Shown piece after piece: positions 1 to 9,943 of a stretch of 64,000 bases of DNA (its first letter is position 1; every line of letters begins with the position of its first letter). The stretch is from an uncultured delta proteobacterium. Its GTDB lineage: Bacteria > Desulfobacterota > Binatia > Binatales > Binataceae. Both the position numbers and the translations under genes were made by a program. The DNA is taken from NCBI GenBank assembly GCA_963724765.1, contig CAVRVY010000001.1, forward strand, positions 1,312,001 through 1,376,000, in the 5' to 3' direction. The notes below the pieces were generated by a model. The model saw only the letters and a list, made by a program, of their open reading frames with translations. It was not told where the DNA came from and searched no databases.

Positions 1-721
1 GTACCGGCCCTCGCTGGAGGCGATGCGCGAGGGGATCCGCGCCGCGCTGATGCAGGTGAAGTATTCCGAGAACCAGACCCTGCCGCAACTCAACTTGGGT
101 GCGCAGTTCGGTATCAACTCAACCGCCGGGACGACGCCCTGCATCCGCAATATCGCCGGACTCACGAGCGGTAACTGCGCGGTGACGCCGCTGATACCGC
201 GCTCCGGCACCAAGCTGCCCTTCGGCGGAATCTACGGCGACGCGCTCAACCGCCTGTTCGGCTTCAGTTTCTACAACTATGCCGCGGTGCTGAACTTCGC
301 GTATCCGATCGACAACGCCGCCGCGCGCTCCGTGCTCGCGCAGACCCGCGTGCAGTACGAGTCGCTCAGGATGCAATACCGGGCGTCGATCTCGACCGCG
401 GTGGTTGCGGTGCAGACCGCGCTCGCCAACCTGGAGGCCGACCAGAAGCGCGTCCAGGCCACCCGCGAGGCGACCTACTATGCCGCCCAATCGCTGCACG
501 ACGAGGAGATTCGCTTCAAGGTCGGGATGGCGACCACGCACGACCTGCTGCAGTTCCAGGAGCAGTTGATCTCGGCGCAGGGCAACCAGGTGCAGGCCGA
601 GGTTGATCTCGAGGATGCGCGGCTTTCGCTCGAGCACGAGCAGGGCACGCTGCTGCGCGCCTTCCAAATCAGCTTCCAGCTCCAGGACCCGCATCGTTCG
701 CACTGGTACTCGAAGTTCTAA
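1..721 (+). CDS. TolC-family outer membrane efflux protein, 5'-truncated by the window edge
   Basis: ORF 23..721 has the OEP C-terminal pattern (LPQLNLGA...; EEIRFKVGMATTHDLLQFQEQL). The frame is open to the window start. Confidence 0.85.
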   Translation, partial: YRPSLEAMREGIRAALMQVKYSENQTLPQLNLGAQFGINSTAGTTPCIRNIAGLTSGNCAVTPLIPRSGTKLPFGGIYGDALNRLFGFSFYNYAAVLNFAYPIDNAAARSVLAQTRVQYESLRMQYRASISTAVVAVQTALANLEADQKRVQATREATYYAAQSLHDEEIRFKVGMATTHDLLQFQEQLISAQGNQVQAEVDLEDARLSLEHEQGTLLRAFQISFQLQDPHRSHWYSKF

Positions 722-743
722 GCGCATCACAAGGAGACCGGTG

Positions 744-1142
744 ATGGAAAAGAAGTTTATCAATGCCGACACGATCCATACCCCGCGCGGCTACACTCAC
801 GTCGTCGCGCTGCAGGGCGGCAGGATGCTGTTTGTCTCGGGCCAGGTGGCGATCGACAAGGACGGCCAGATAGTGGGGCGCGGCGACCTCAAGGCGCAGG
901 CGCGCAAGGCGGCCGAAAACCTGATCGCGGCGCTCAAGGGCGCCGGCGCCTCGCTCGCCGACGTGGTCAAGATGAACACCTACGTGGTCAACTACAAGCA
1001 GGACGACTACCGTGCGATCGCCGACATGCGCCGCGAGTTCTTTCCCAAGGAGAACCCGCCCGCTTCGACGCTGGTCGGTGTGGCGGCGCTGGCGGTCGAG
1101 GGCTTGCTGATAGAAATCGAAGCCGTCGCCGCATTGCCTTAG
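744..1142 (+). CDS. RidA/YjgF/UK114-family enamine/imine deaminase
   Basis: AAGGAG RBS, then GTG/ATG at 741/744. Motifs GYTH, LFVSGQVA, PASTLVGVAAL and LIEIEAVA. The typical catalytic Arg before S/T is Ala here (PPASTL). Confidence 0.88.
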   Translation: MEKKFINADTIHTPRGYTHVVALQGGRMLFVSGQVAIDKDGQIVGRGDLKAQARKAAENLIAALKGAGASLADVVKMNTYVVNYKQDDYRAIADMRREFFPKENPPASTLVGVAALAVEGLLIEIEAVAALP

Positions 1143-1252
1143 GCTTGCGTGCGCAAGCGCGCGTGCTACAGCGGATCAAGAGGCAGCGAGCCGACGCGCT
1201 CAGGCGTTCGAGGCGTCGCCGCCGGCGGCGCGAGGCGAGGGCCGCTCAAAAT

Positions 1253-4200
1253 TCAATCCTCCATCGGACGGTAGACGATCTCGAGCCGTTCGAGGAAGTT
1301 GATAAGGTTACGTCCCAGGCGCCGCGCCGCGTCGAAGTCGCTATCCTTGCCCGCCTGCTCGAGTTCGCGGCCGATGTCGGTAATCGCGTCGAGCCCATAG
1401 CTGCCGCCTTCGCCCTTCATCTTGTGGCCCAGCCGCGCGATCGCTTCGGGATCGCTGCGTTCCACCGCGGCCAGGATGGCGCGGGCATCTTCGCGTTTGC
1501 GGGTGAGGAAGCCTGGGACGAGGTCGCTTAAATCCTGATCGATCTGAACGACGATCGGCTGCCCGGCAGCGCTCCCGGTGTCATTGCTGTCCGCCTGCGC
1601 GGCGGATGGAGCGGCCTGCGAGGTCGGCTCGACCGCGTCGCGAATCGCTTCGAGCAGGGTCGAACGTTTCACCGGTTTGGTCACATGGGCGTCGCATCCC
1701 ATTTGCAAACTCCTCCGAATGGCTTCGTCGTGGGCCGAAGCGGTCAGTGCGATGATCGGCGTGGGGCGTCGATGGTCGCTCTGTTCGAGGCGGCGAATCT
1801 CGGCGGCCGCTTCGTAGCCGTCCATGACCGGCATCTGGATGTCCATCAAGACCGCGTCATAGTGTCCGGTCATGAACTTATGCACCGCGATCTCGCCGTT
1901 CTCGGCGTGGTCGAGCTGGTATGGAGTGCCCTTCAGATAGGCTTCGACCAGCAGCCGATTGTCGGGGGAGTCTTCTGCCAGCAGAATCTTAAGCGGCTTC
2001 TTGACCAGCATCGCGGCGCTGCGCGGCGCGACTTGTTGGATGAAGGTGTCGGGCCACGCGGCGTGACCGGCAGCGGCCGCCGCGTCCACGCCATTGCTGC
2101 ATGAGCGCTCGTCGGGGGCGCCGGCGCATGCGGCGGCGAGCGCCGCCCACAGGTCCGCGCGCCGCACGGGTTTGAGCAGATAGCGGCAGCGCTGGGCTTC
2201 CTCCAGGCCGCGCTTGCGTAACTGTCCGAGTTGCGAGCTGAGGTCGTCCGCCGTCAGCATCAGCACCAGCGCCTCGCGCGGCGCGTGCGCCGCGCTCATG
2301 ATCTGTTGCGCGATCGCGGTTCCGTTGGGCGCCGGCATCCGATTGTCGGCCACAACCGCGTCGTAGGGCCGTCCGGCCGCGCGCGCCCGCGCAAGCTCGG
2401 CTAACGCGCCGGCGCCGTCGGCGGCCACGAAGACCTCGGCGCCGGTGAGCGCCAGCAGTTCGGCCAGAATGGTGCGGCTGGCCGCTGAATCGTCCACCAC
2501 CAGCACTCGCTTCCCTGCCAGGCGAGCCATGGCGGCGGGTGCCGGCACTCGCGCCATAGCGGCGCTGGGGGGTTGAAGTTCGAGCGCAATGGTGAAGCTG
2601 AAGGCACTGCCCGCGCGCGGCCGGCTTTCGACCGTGATCTTTCCGTTCATCAGCTCGACCAGGCGTTTGACGATCGCCAGTCCGAGGCCGCTACCTCCGT
2701 ACTTGCGGCTGATCGTCGAATCGGCCTGGATGAAGTTCGAGAAGATCGTCCGCTGCTGATCGGCCGGGATACCGATGCCGGTGTCGCGGACCACGAAACG
2801 CAGCAGTTGGCGTTTGCCTAGTATGCCGGGGTCGACGGAGACGGCAGCTTCGGCGCCGTGCGGCGCGGTCGAGGTTTGGCCAGTCCTGGCTGCGTCGTCG
2901 GCCGCGTCGTCGGCTGCGTCGATGGTCAGCGTCACTTCGCCACGTTCGGTGAATTTAATCGCGTTGCCGAGCAGGTTGATCAGAATCTGTCGCAAGCGCA
3001 GCGGATCGCCGGTCAGCGCAGTGGGTAATGCGGGTGGGATGCGCAGTGCCAGTTCGAGGCCTTTTTCGTGCGCGCGCACGCCCAGCGTCTCCATCACGTC
3101 CTCGGCCAACTCGACCAGGTCAAAATCCGCGTGCTCCAGGATGAGCCGGCCGCTCTCAACCTTGGAGAGATCGAGGATGCCGTTTACGAGGTTGAGCAGC
3201 GAGGCACTGTTGTTGCGCATGGTGTCGAGATAGCGGCGCTGCTCGGCGCTGAGCGGAGTCTCCCACAGCAGATCGGCCATCCCGAGGATCGCGTTCATCG
3301 GCGTGCGGATTTCGTGTGACATGACGGAGAGGAAATGCGACTTGGCCTCGGAGGCCGCGAGCGCCGCTTCGCGCGCGGCGATCAATTGCTGTTCGATCTG
3401 CTTGAGCCCGCTAACATTGCGGGAAGCCGCCACTATGCAGCGCTCTCCCTCCAACTCGATCACTGAGGCCGACACGAGATAGTCCGCCAGGCGGCCGTCC
3501 TTCATACGAAAGGTGCACTCGAAGTCGCGTGTACTGCCGGCTTTGAGCCGCCGCAGGTACTCTCTGAGCTGCTCGCGGTAAGGCCAAATCCCGATCTCCG
3601 ACGGGCTGCGCCCGAGCACCTCTTCGCGGGTGTAGCCGATCACGTCGCAGAAGCCCTGGTTGACGTCGAGATAACGGCCGTCGCTCACGCGATTGACGCA
3701 GATGGCTTCGCCGCTTGCCTCCAGCACCTGGCGCAGCTTGGTCTCGCTGCTGGTCAGTCTGCGCTTGCTCGCTTCAAGCTCGCGCACCTGATCAGAGAGC
3801 TTCTGCTGGGTAGCCCTGAGTTCGTCCTCGGTCTGTTTGAGCGGGCTGATGTCGTGGACGATCGCGATGACGCAGGGTTCGCCGGCGACATTGACCACGG
3901 TGGCCGAAAATAGGTGGGGGATGAGACGGCCGTCCCTGGCGCGTACATTTATTTCGAAGTTGCGCGCAAAGCCGTCGATACGTAGTCGCTCGAGCATCTC
4001 GCGTATCCGCGACCGGTTGCTAAAAGCCTTGAGCTGCGCGCCGGTCGCGGCCAGCACTTCCTCTCGGCTGTAGCCCGTGAGGCGCAAATACTCGTCATTG
4101 ACGGCGATGAAGCGCCCGTCGCTCAGGCGGTTGATTGAGATCGAGTCGAGGCTGGTCTCGAAGATCTTGCGCAACGTCGCCTCGCTCTCTGCCAGGCGCT

Positions 4201-5863
4201 CTTGCGCTAGCGTGCGCTCGGCGATTTCGCTGCGCAGCCGGCGCTCGCTCGTTTCCAACTCGCGCACTTCGGCCGCGAGCGCCTCGCGCGCAGCGCGCAA
4301 CTCCCGCTCGGTTCGTTTGAGCTCGCCAACGTCGCGCGTAGCGGCAACAATGCAGGTTTCTCCGTCCAGCTTTATAAGTGAGGCGGAAACCAGATGTTCG
4401 ACCACGCGGCCGTCCTTCATGTGGAAGCTGCATTGGAGGTTTCGCGCCCGCCCGTCTCTCTTGAGCAGGCGCAACAGGTGCTTGAGCTGATCCGGGTAGA
4501 TCCATAGGCCAATCTCCATCGCGCTGCGTCCGATTGCCTCCGCGCGCGTATAGCCGGTCAGGTCACAAAAGGCCTGGTTGACGTCAAGATAGTGGCCGTC
4601 CTTGAGGCGGCTGATGGTAATGATGTCGCCAGTGGCCTCGAGCACCTTGAACAGCTTGTTCTCGCTGCTGACAAGCTGGCGGCGGTTTTCTTCCAGCTTG
4701 CGCAGTTCGACCGCGAGCGCCTCGCGCGCCTCAGTCAGCTCGTGCTGAGTCCTCTTGAGCTCGGTGATATCGCGCGCAATCGAGATCACGCACTGCTCGC
4801 CGCCAAGCTCGACCATGGTCGCCGAAACCAGGCTCGGCACCAGCCGGCCATCCTTGTTGCGCAACTCGGTCTCGAAATTGCGCACGGTGCCGTACGTGCG
4901 CAGGTCGCGCGTCAGCGCGCGGAGCTGCGGGCGGGACCAGCGGCCCACCTTAATGGCCGAAACGCCGAGGACTTCTTCGCGGGTGTAGCCGGTCTTGAGG
5001 AATTCGCGGTTGACCTCGAGCATCGCGCCGTCGAACATGCGGGTGATCGCGATGTTGTCAGGGGCGGCGTCGAAGACCTTGCGCAGCATCTCCTCGCCCT
5101 CGCGCAGGCGGCGCTCGGCCACCTCGCGCTGGGCCATGATCGTCGCGCTCTGCGCGAGCGCGTCGGCCAGATCCTGGCGGCTGGCGCGCAAACTATCCAT
5201 CCATGTGACCAGTTCAGCCTGGTACCGCTCGCGCATCACCAGAATAAAATGACCCAGGGCGGCCGCCATCAGCACGCCAATCCATCGGTACGCGACTTCG
5301 GAATCGAACGACACAGTCGCCAAGGCCGAAACCCCCATCGTGGCTAATCCGGCCAAGCTGAGCGGCAACTGCCAACCTGTCGACCACGGCAATAGCGCCC
5401 CTGTGCCGATGAGTGTTAGCACCATGGTGATTAACAGCGGCTCGGCGCCGCCGGTGCGCAGGCGCAACACCAACGTCAGGCCATAGATGGCGAGCAGAGT
5501 CGCAAAGCAGACCGGCCGCCAGTGGCGCTCGAACCACTTTGACGTAGTGAGCGCCACAAGGAGCAGCGTGATGCCTACAGCGCCGGCGTGCGGCGCCATA
5601 GTCGCCGGCGTCAGCGGCGAAGATATGTAGCTATCGAGGATGAAATATATGATCTCGAAACCGGCTAACAAGGCTGCGCCCGCGCGAAGAGAACGCAGGT
5701 TCCAGCCCCGAATCATTTTGCAGGGATCGTGGGCCGCGGTCAGACCTCCGTGCTCGCGCGACGCCTGTTCCGCGGCGGACGCCGGCGCCGCAGAGAGTGG
5801 CGAATCGGCCGGCATCCGCGCGTCAACGATGGGGTCCGTCGGCTCGGGTTTCCTGACCGCCAT
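1253..5863 (-). CDS. Hybrid sensor histidine kinase: TM region, 4 PAS, HisKA, HATPase, 2 receiver domains, Hpt
   Basis: H-box [15 protein letters not shown]-box [11 protein letters not shown]-boxes DTGIGI and GGSGLGL, receivers ([20 protein letters not shown]), Hpt GHKMKGEGG, four repeated PAS/PAC blocks. Confidence 0.93.
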   Translation of the reverse strand: MAVRKPEPTDPIVDARMPADSPLSAAPASAAEQASREHGGLTAAHDPCKMIRGWNLRSLRAGAALLAGFEIIYFILDSYISSPLTPATMAPHAGAVGITLLLVALTTSKWFERHWRPVCFATLLAIYGLTLVLRLRTGGAEPLLITMVLTLIGTGALLPWSTGWQLPLSLAGLATMGVSALATVSFDSEVAYRWIGVLMAAALGHFILVMRERYQAELVTWMDSLRASRQDLADALAQSATIMAQREVAERRLREGEEMLRKVFDAAPDNIAITRMFDGAMLEVNREFLKTGYTREEVLGVSAIKVGRWSRPQLRALTRDLRTYGTVRNFETELRNKDGRLVPSLVSATMVELGGEQCVISIARDITELKRTQHELTEAREALAVELRKLEENRRQLVSSENKLFKVLEATGDIITISRLKDGHYLDVNQAFCDLTGYTRAEAIGRSAMEIGLWIYPDQLKHLLRLLKRDGRARNLQCSFHMKDGRVVEHLVSASLIKLDGETCIVAATRDVGELKRTERELRAAREALAAEVRELETSERRLRSEIAERTLAQERLAESEATLRKIFETSLDSISINRLSDGRFIAVNDEYLRLTGYSREEVLAATGAQLKAFSNRSRIREMLERLRIDGFARNFEINVRARDGRLIPHLFSATVVNVAGEPCVIAIVHDISPLKQTEDELRATQQKLSDQVRELEASKRRLTSSETKLRQVLEASGEAICVNRVSDGRYLDVNQGFCDVIGYTREEVLGRSPSEIGIWPYREQLREYLRRLKAGSTRDFECTFRMKDGRLADYLVSASVIELEGERCIVAASRNVSGLKQIEQQLIAAREAALAASEAKSHFLSVMSHEIRTPMNAILGMADLLWETPLSAEQRRYLDTMRNNSASLLNLVNGILDLSKVESGRLILEHADFDLVELAEDVMETLGVRAHEKGLELALRIPPALPTALTGDPLRLRQILINLLGNAIKFTERGEVTLTIDAADDAADDAARTGQTSTAPHGAEAAVSVDPGILGKRQLLRFVVRDTGIGIPADQQRTIFSNFIQADSTISRKYGGSGLGLAIVKRLVELMNGKITVESRPRAGSAFSFTIALELQPPSAAMARVPAPAAMARLAGKRVLVVDDSAASRTILAELLALTGAEVFVAADGAGALAELARARAAGRPYDAVVADNRMPAPNGTAIAQQIMSAAHAPREALVLMLTADDLSSQLGQLRKRGLEEAQRCRYLLKPVRRADLWAALAAACAGAPDERSCSNGVDAAAAAGHAAWPDTFIQQVAPRSAAMLVKKPLKILLAEDSPDNRLLVEAYLKGTPYQLDHAENGEIAVHKFMTGHYDAVLMDIQMPVMDGYEAAAEIRRLEQSDHRRPTPIIALTASAHDEAIRRSLQMGCDAHVTKPVKRSTLLEAIRDAVEPTSQAAPSAAQADSNDTGSAAGQPIVVQIDQDLSDLVPGFLTRKREDARAILAAVERSDPEAIARLGHKMKGEGGSYGLDAITDIGRELEQAGKDSDFDAARRLGRNLINFLERLEIVYRPMED

Positions 5864-6166
5864 CGACTATGCACCCAAGCTCGTAGTCAATTGCTCCCCC
5901 CAAAGGCTAGAGCCTCATTTATAGTAGCAATTCGTAATAACAAGCGCGATTCTTTCCTTATCCGGCTTAAGCTGTGCAGTCAGTCACCCGCCTGTGAGGG
6001 CCGGCGACCCATGCTCGAACTAGCCAGCCATTGTGGATCAAAACTGCGACATCGAGAACTGCGACTGCCTCGGAATGGAGACAACGGTGGCGTTACCCCC
6101 CACTTCCTCATTGGAGAGCATAAAGCGCGCCGCGGCAGAGGAGCGTAGCGACGGGAACCACAGCAC

Positions 6167-7339
6167 TCAGCAGGCGGCGAGCGAGCGCGTAAAGTCCTCG
6201 ACCAGATCCTCGGTCGCCTCGAGCCCCACTGAGAATCGAATCAGGCCCTCCGCGATTCCCGCGCCGGCGCGCTCGTCGGGCGTCATCCCGGAATGTGAGG
6301 TCGTCGCCGGCCGCGTGATCAGACTCTCGACTCCGCCCAGGCTGGGCGCTGAGATGGGCAGCGTCACGTGGCTGATAAAACTGTCGGCTGCGGCCACGCC
6401 ACCTTCCAACTCGAAGCTCAGCATCCCGCCGAACCCGTCGAGCAGCTCGCAGGCGCGCAAATGGTCGGGGCTGCTCTCGAGTCCGGGGTAATTGACCTGC
6501 CGGACCTTGGGATGGGCTTCCAGAAAGCGCGCGATCTTTAGCGCACTCTCATTCTGATAGCGGACCCGCACGGCCAGCGTCTTCATCCCGCGATGCAGCA
6601 GGAAGCAGGCGTGCGGATCGAGTACGCCACCCAAATGGTTGAGCTTGTGCGCCACCTTCCGCACCAGGCTGGCGCGCCCGATCACCGCGCCGGCCACGAT
6701 GTCGGAGTGACCATTCAAATACTTGGTGCAACTGTGCAAGGACAGATCGAAGCCGGCCTCGGAGGGGCGGAAGTTCACCGGACTCGCGAAGGTGTTGTCG
6801 ATGATCGACACCAGCCCATGCGCCGCGGCGAATTCGACCACCGCGCGCAGATCGGCCACGCCCATCAGCGGGTTGGATACCGTCTCGACGTAGATCGCGC
6901 GGGTGCGCTCAGTGAGTTGTTCGCGCCACGCGGCCGGATCGTTGGGGTCGATGAAATCCGTGCTTATCTCCAGTGCCGGCAGGTCGGTCGTCAGCAGGTC
7001 ATGAGTCCCGCCATACAGGCAATTCTGCGCCAACAGATGGTCGCCCGCACCGAGTAGCGCGAGCAGGGTGGCCGAAATCGCCGCCATCCCGCTCCCCGCT
7101 ACCAGTGCCGCCTCGGCGTTCTCGAGTGCGGCGAGCTTGCGATGGAGGACCTCGTGATTGGGCGTGTTGCTCAGCCGGATGTAGCGGAGGTCGTGATAGT
7201 TTTCCTCGCCGCGATAGGCGAAGGTCGCCGATTGGAAAATCGGCATCGCCACTGCGCCGCCGATGAGCGGCTCGGGCTCGCCGGCATGGATGAGCTTCGT
7301 TTCAATCGCCCGGATAACTTTCGAGGTGACCTTCGTCAT
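6167..7339 (-). CDS. PLP-dependent trans-sulfuration enzyme (cystathionine gamma-synthase/lyase or methionine gamma-lyase family)
   Basis: YIRLSNTPN, SGMAAI, IIDNTFASP and the PLP-Lys motif HSCTKYLNGHSD, plus SLGGVESL. Start at ATG 7339 after GGAGG. Confidence 0.9.
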   Translation of the reverse strand: MTKVTSKVIRAIETKLIHAGEPEPLIGGAVAMPIFQSATFAYRGEENYHDLRYIRLSNTPNHEVLHRKLAALENAEAALVAGSGMAAISATLLALLGAGDHLLAQNCLYGGTHDLLTTDLPALEISTDFIDPNDPAAWREQLTERTRAIYVETVSNPLMGVADLRAVVEFAAAHGLVSIIDNTFASPVNFRPSEAGFDLSLHSCTKYLNGHSDIVAGAVIGRASLVRKVAHKLNHLGGVLDPHACFLLHRGMKTLAVRVRYQNESALKIARFLEAHPKVRQVNYPGLESSPDHLRACELLDGFGGMLSFELEGGVAAADSFISHVTLPISAPSLGGVESLITRPATTSHSGMTPDERAGAGIAEGLIRFSVGLEATEDLVEDFTRSLAAC

Positions 7340-7553
7340 GGCGTTTCCTCCATCGGCATTGCCGAATGCCGCCGCTGCTGTGAGGTCGCCTGTTGCGCCC
7401 AGCGAACCCCCTTGCAAGAGGGATTTTTAGCACATCGCAATCCGCGCTTTCACACCGCCTGTCGTTCGCCTTTCGCACCGCGTCCGGCGCAGCTAAGCTG
7501 AACGCTCGCGGATGCGCGCGTATGCGTATGGCTGTGGCAGGGAGCGCAACGAA

Positions 7554-8663
7554 TTGAAGGCGATCATCATTGGCGGCGGTATCATCGGATGCTCGGTGGC
7601 ATGGCGGCTGGCCGCCGAGGGCGTCGCCACCACCGTGCTCGAGCGCGGCCGGGTCGGCCAGGAAGCGTCGTGGGCCGCGGCCGGTATGATCGCGCCGCAG
7701 GCCGAAGCTGATGGCCCCGGCCCGTTTTTCGATTTTTGCATCAAGGCGCGCGACGCCTTCGAGGCGATCGTCGATCGCCTGGTGCGCGATAGCGGCGTCG
7801 ATCCCGAGTACGACGCCGCCGGAATTCTCTACGTCGCGCTGGACGCGGACGAGCGCGTCCAACTCGAGCGGCGCGCCAGGTGGCAGCGGACCGTCGGCGC
7901 TCCGATGGAGGAATTGAGCGGCGCCCAGGCGCGCCGGCTCGAACCGATGCTCTCGCCGGAAGCAATTTACGCCATCCACATGCCGACCAACCGGCGCACC
8001 GATAATCGCAAGCTCACCCAGGCCTACGCCGCCGCCGCGCGCAAGGCCGGCGCCGAATTCGTCGAAGGCGCGCGGGTCGAAGCACTGGCGCTTCGCGGCC
8101 AACACGCGACCGGCGTCGTGATGGATGACGGCTCGACGCGCGAGGCCGACGTCGTGGTCAACGCAGCCGGGTCGTGGGCCGGTGAAATTCGCGGCCTGGA
8201 GGCCGACCGCGTGAAGCTCCATCCCGTGCGCGGCCAGATCCTATGCTTCGAGGTCGCGCCCGGAACTATCGGCCCCGCGCTGTTCTCGTTGCGCGGCTAC
8301 CTGGTGCCGCGGCGCGACGGCCGGTTGCTCGTGGGCTCGACCATGGAGGAGGCCGGCTATAACAAGATCGTCACGCTGGCGGGGCTGGACAAGATCGCGC
8401 GCGGCGCGGCCGCGATCGTTCCCGCGCTCGGCGCCGCCCCATTTCGCGAGGCCTGGGCCGGCCTGCGTCCCGCCACTGGCGACCTGCTGCCTGTGCTCGG
8501 CTTCTCGCCCAGCGTATCCAACGTGTTGTGGGCCGCCGGCCATTTTCGCAGCGGTATTCTGCTCTCCGCAATCACCGGCGAGATCATCGCCGATTTGGTC
8601 AAGGGCCGCCGCCCTAAAGTAGAATTGGGCGCGTTTTCCGCCGCGCGTTTCAGGGAGCCATAA
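7554..8663 (+). CDS. thiO: Glycine oxidase ThiO / D-amino-acid oxidase family FAD enzyme
   Basis: IIIGGGIIGCS FAD motif, ASWAAAGM, PVRGQ, YLVPR, WAGLRP, GHFRSGILL. Likely TTG start at 7554 after GGAG. Confidence 0.82.
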   Translation: MKAIIIGGGIIGCSVAWRLAAEGVATTVLERGRVGQEASWAAAGMIAPQAEADGPGPFFDFCIKARDAFEAIVDRLVRDSGVDPEYDAAGILYVALDADERVQLERRARWQRTVGAPMEELSGAQARRLEPMLSPEAIYAIHMPTNRRTDNRKLTQAYAAAARKAGAEFVEGARVEALALRGQHATGVVMDDGSTREADVVVNAAGSWAGEIRGLEADRVKLHPVRGQILCFEVAPGTIGPALFSLRGYLVPRRDGRLLVGSTMEEAGYNKIVTLAGLDKIARGAAAIVPALGAAPFREAWAGLRPATGDLLPVLGFSPSVSNVLWAAGHFRSGILLSAITGEIIADLVKGRRPKVELGAFSAARFREP

Positions 8664-8666
8664 CCT

Positions 8667-9014
8667 ATGAGTCGAATCCTCGGCCTGATGCACGATCTGT
8701 TTTTCCGCTCCAAGGTGGACGCGGTGTCCCACGCCGTGGGTATCGAAGTTGTGTACGCGAGTTCCTTGGATGAGGCCAACGCGCGATGTGCCGAAGAGGC
8801 GCCGGCCATGATTTTCGTCGACCTTGCCGATCCGCTGTTTCCCGCGGTCGAGACCGCCGGCGCGATGCGCGTCGCGGCGCCCGCCGCACGGCTTATCGGT
8901 TTCGCCTCGCACGTCGACCTCAAGGCGCTGGGCGCGGCGCGCGAGGCGGGATTCGAGATGACGCTCTCGCGCAGCGATTTCACCCAGCGCCTGCCCGACC
9001 TACTGAAGTCGTAA
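8667..9014 (+). CDS. Small atypical receiver (CheY-like) domain protein
   Basis: 115 aa, starting 3 nt after the thiO stop. The pattern DLFF...MIFVDL...IGFASH...AREAG fits a degenerate receiver fold. Confidence 0.6.
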   Translation: MSRILGLMHDLFFRSKVDAVSHAVGIEVVYASSLDEANARCAEEAPAMIFVDLADPLFPAVETAGAMRVAAPAARLIGFASHVDLKALGAAREAGFEMTLSRSDFTQRLPDLLKS

Positions 9015-9103
9015 GCGCCGCGCATTCCCTCGGCCATCCGGGATCGTCGCGATAACGTAGGTAGGGAGCGCAGCGGGTGAGCCGCGATGGTTGAAATCAG
9101 TTG

Positions 9104-9760
9104 ATGAAATCGACCGTCAGATGGACGTTCATCCTCGCGGGCACTGCTGCCTATTTTGCCGTGGCCGTCATCGGCCGGGGCGGGCTTGCAGCCTTCTTCT
9201 CCCATCCGCCGCTAACCGCGCTCGCGATCGCACTTTTCGCAGTCTCCGGCATCGCGCTTTTCGCCGGCGGAAATGTGAGCCCGGGTGTGCGCGAGGATCG
9301 TGGCAACCGTTGGGTCCTCGTAGCTTTTGGAGTGCTCGGGCTGCTGGACGCCTATCTGCCGGCCTACACGGACCGTATCGAATTCTGGACTATCGATGGC
9401 GACACCATTCGATGGGTTGGCGTCGTTCTCTTCACTGCCGGCGGCTTGCTGCGGCTCTGGCCGGTCTTCGTGCTAGGCCCCCGCTTCAGCGGGCTGGTCG
9501 CGATCCAGCCCGGGCATACGCTGGTCACCGACGGTGTCTACAGTGTCATCCGTCATCCCAGCTACCTGGGGTTGTTCGTCAACTCGCTGGGGTGGGGCCT
9601 GGCTTTTCGTTCGGGGGTCGGCGTGCTGCTGACGGCGCTCACGATGCTGCCGCTCCTCGCGCGCATCCGGGCGGAAGAGCGGTTGCTGCGCACGCAGTTT
9701 GACGGCGAGTACGATGCATACTGCGCCCGTACGTCACGGCTCATTCCCGGGATCTATTAG
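9104..9760 (+). CDS. Isoprenylcysteine carboxylmethyltransferase (ICMT/PEMT) family membrane protein
   Basis: Hydrophobic segments plus the signature LVTDGVYSVIRHPSYLG...RIRAEERLL...YDAYCARTSRLIP. Confidence 0.88.
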   Translation: MKSTVRWTFILAGTAAYFAVAVIGRGGLAAFFSHPPLTALAIALFAVSGIALFAGGNVSPGVREDRGNRWVLVAFGVLGLLDAYLPAYTDRIEFWTIDGDTIRWVGVVLFTAGGLLRLWPVFVLGPRFSGLVAIQPGHTLVTDGVYSVIRHPSYLGLFVNSLGWGLAFRSGVGVLLTALTMLPLLARIRAEERLLRTQFDGEYDAYCARTSRLIPGIY

Positions 9761-9943
9761 TACTCTTTATTTTCTGACGTCCTATGTCTTGGGGGAAGAA
9801 TGATGGAGGGCGAGCGAGGGAACCGCCGGATATCGTTCCTTCGCTGCGGCGAGAGTCTCATCGCGAATCTCTTCTCTCGGGCGGCGTCCAGGAGTATCGA
9901 TTTTTACCGGCGCGCGGCGATCCTATAAGCTGTAGTTTCGACG

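Noticed and set aside
7340-7500. SAM/SAH riboswitch upstream of the trans-sulfuration gene
   Set aside because: Only short hairpins and a GCTAAAAA word are present; I could not match SAM-I, SAM-II or SAH cores.
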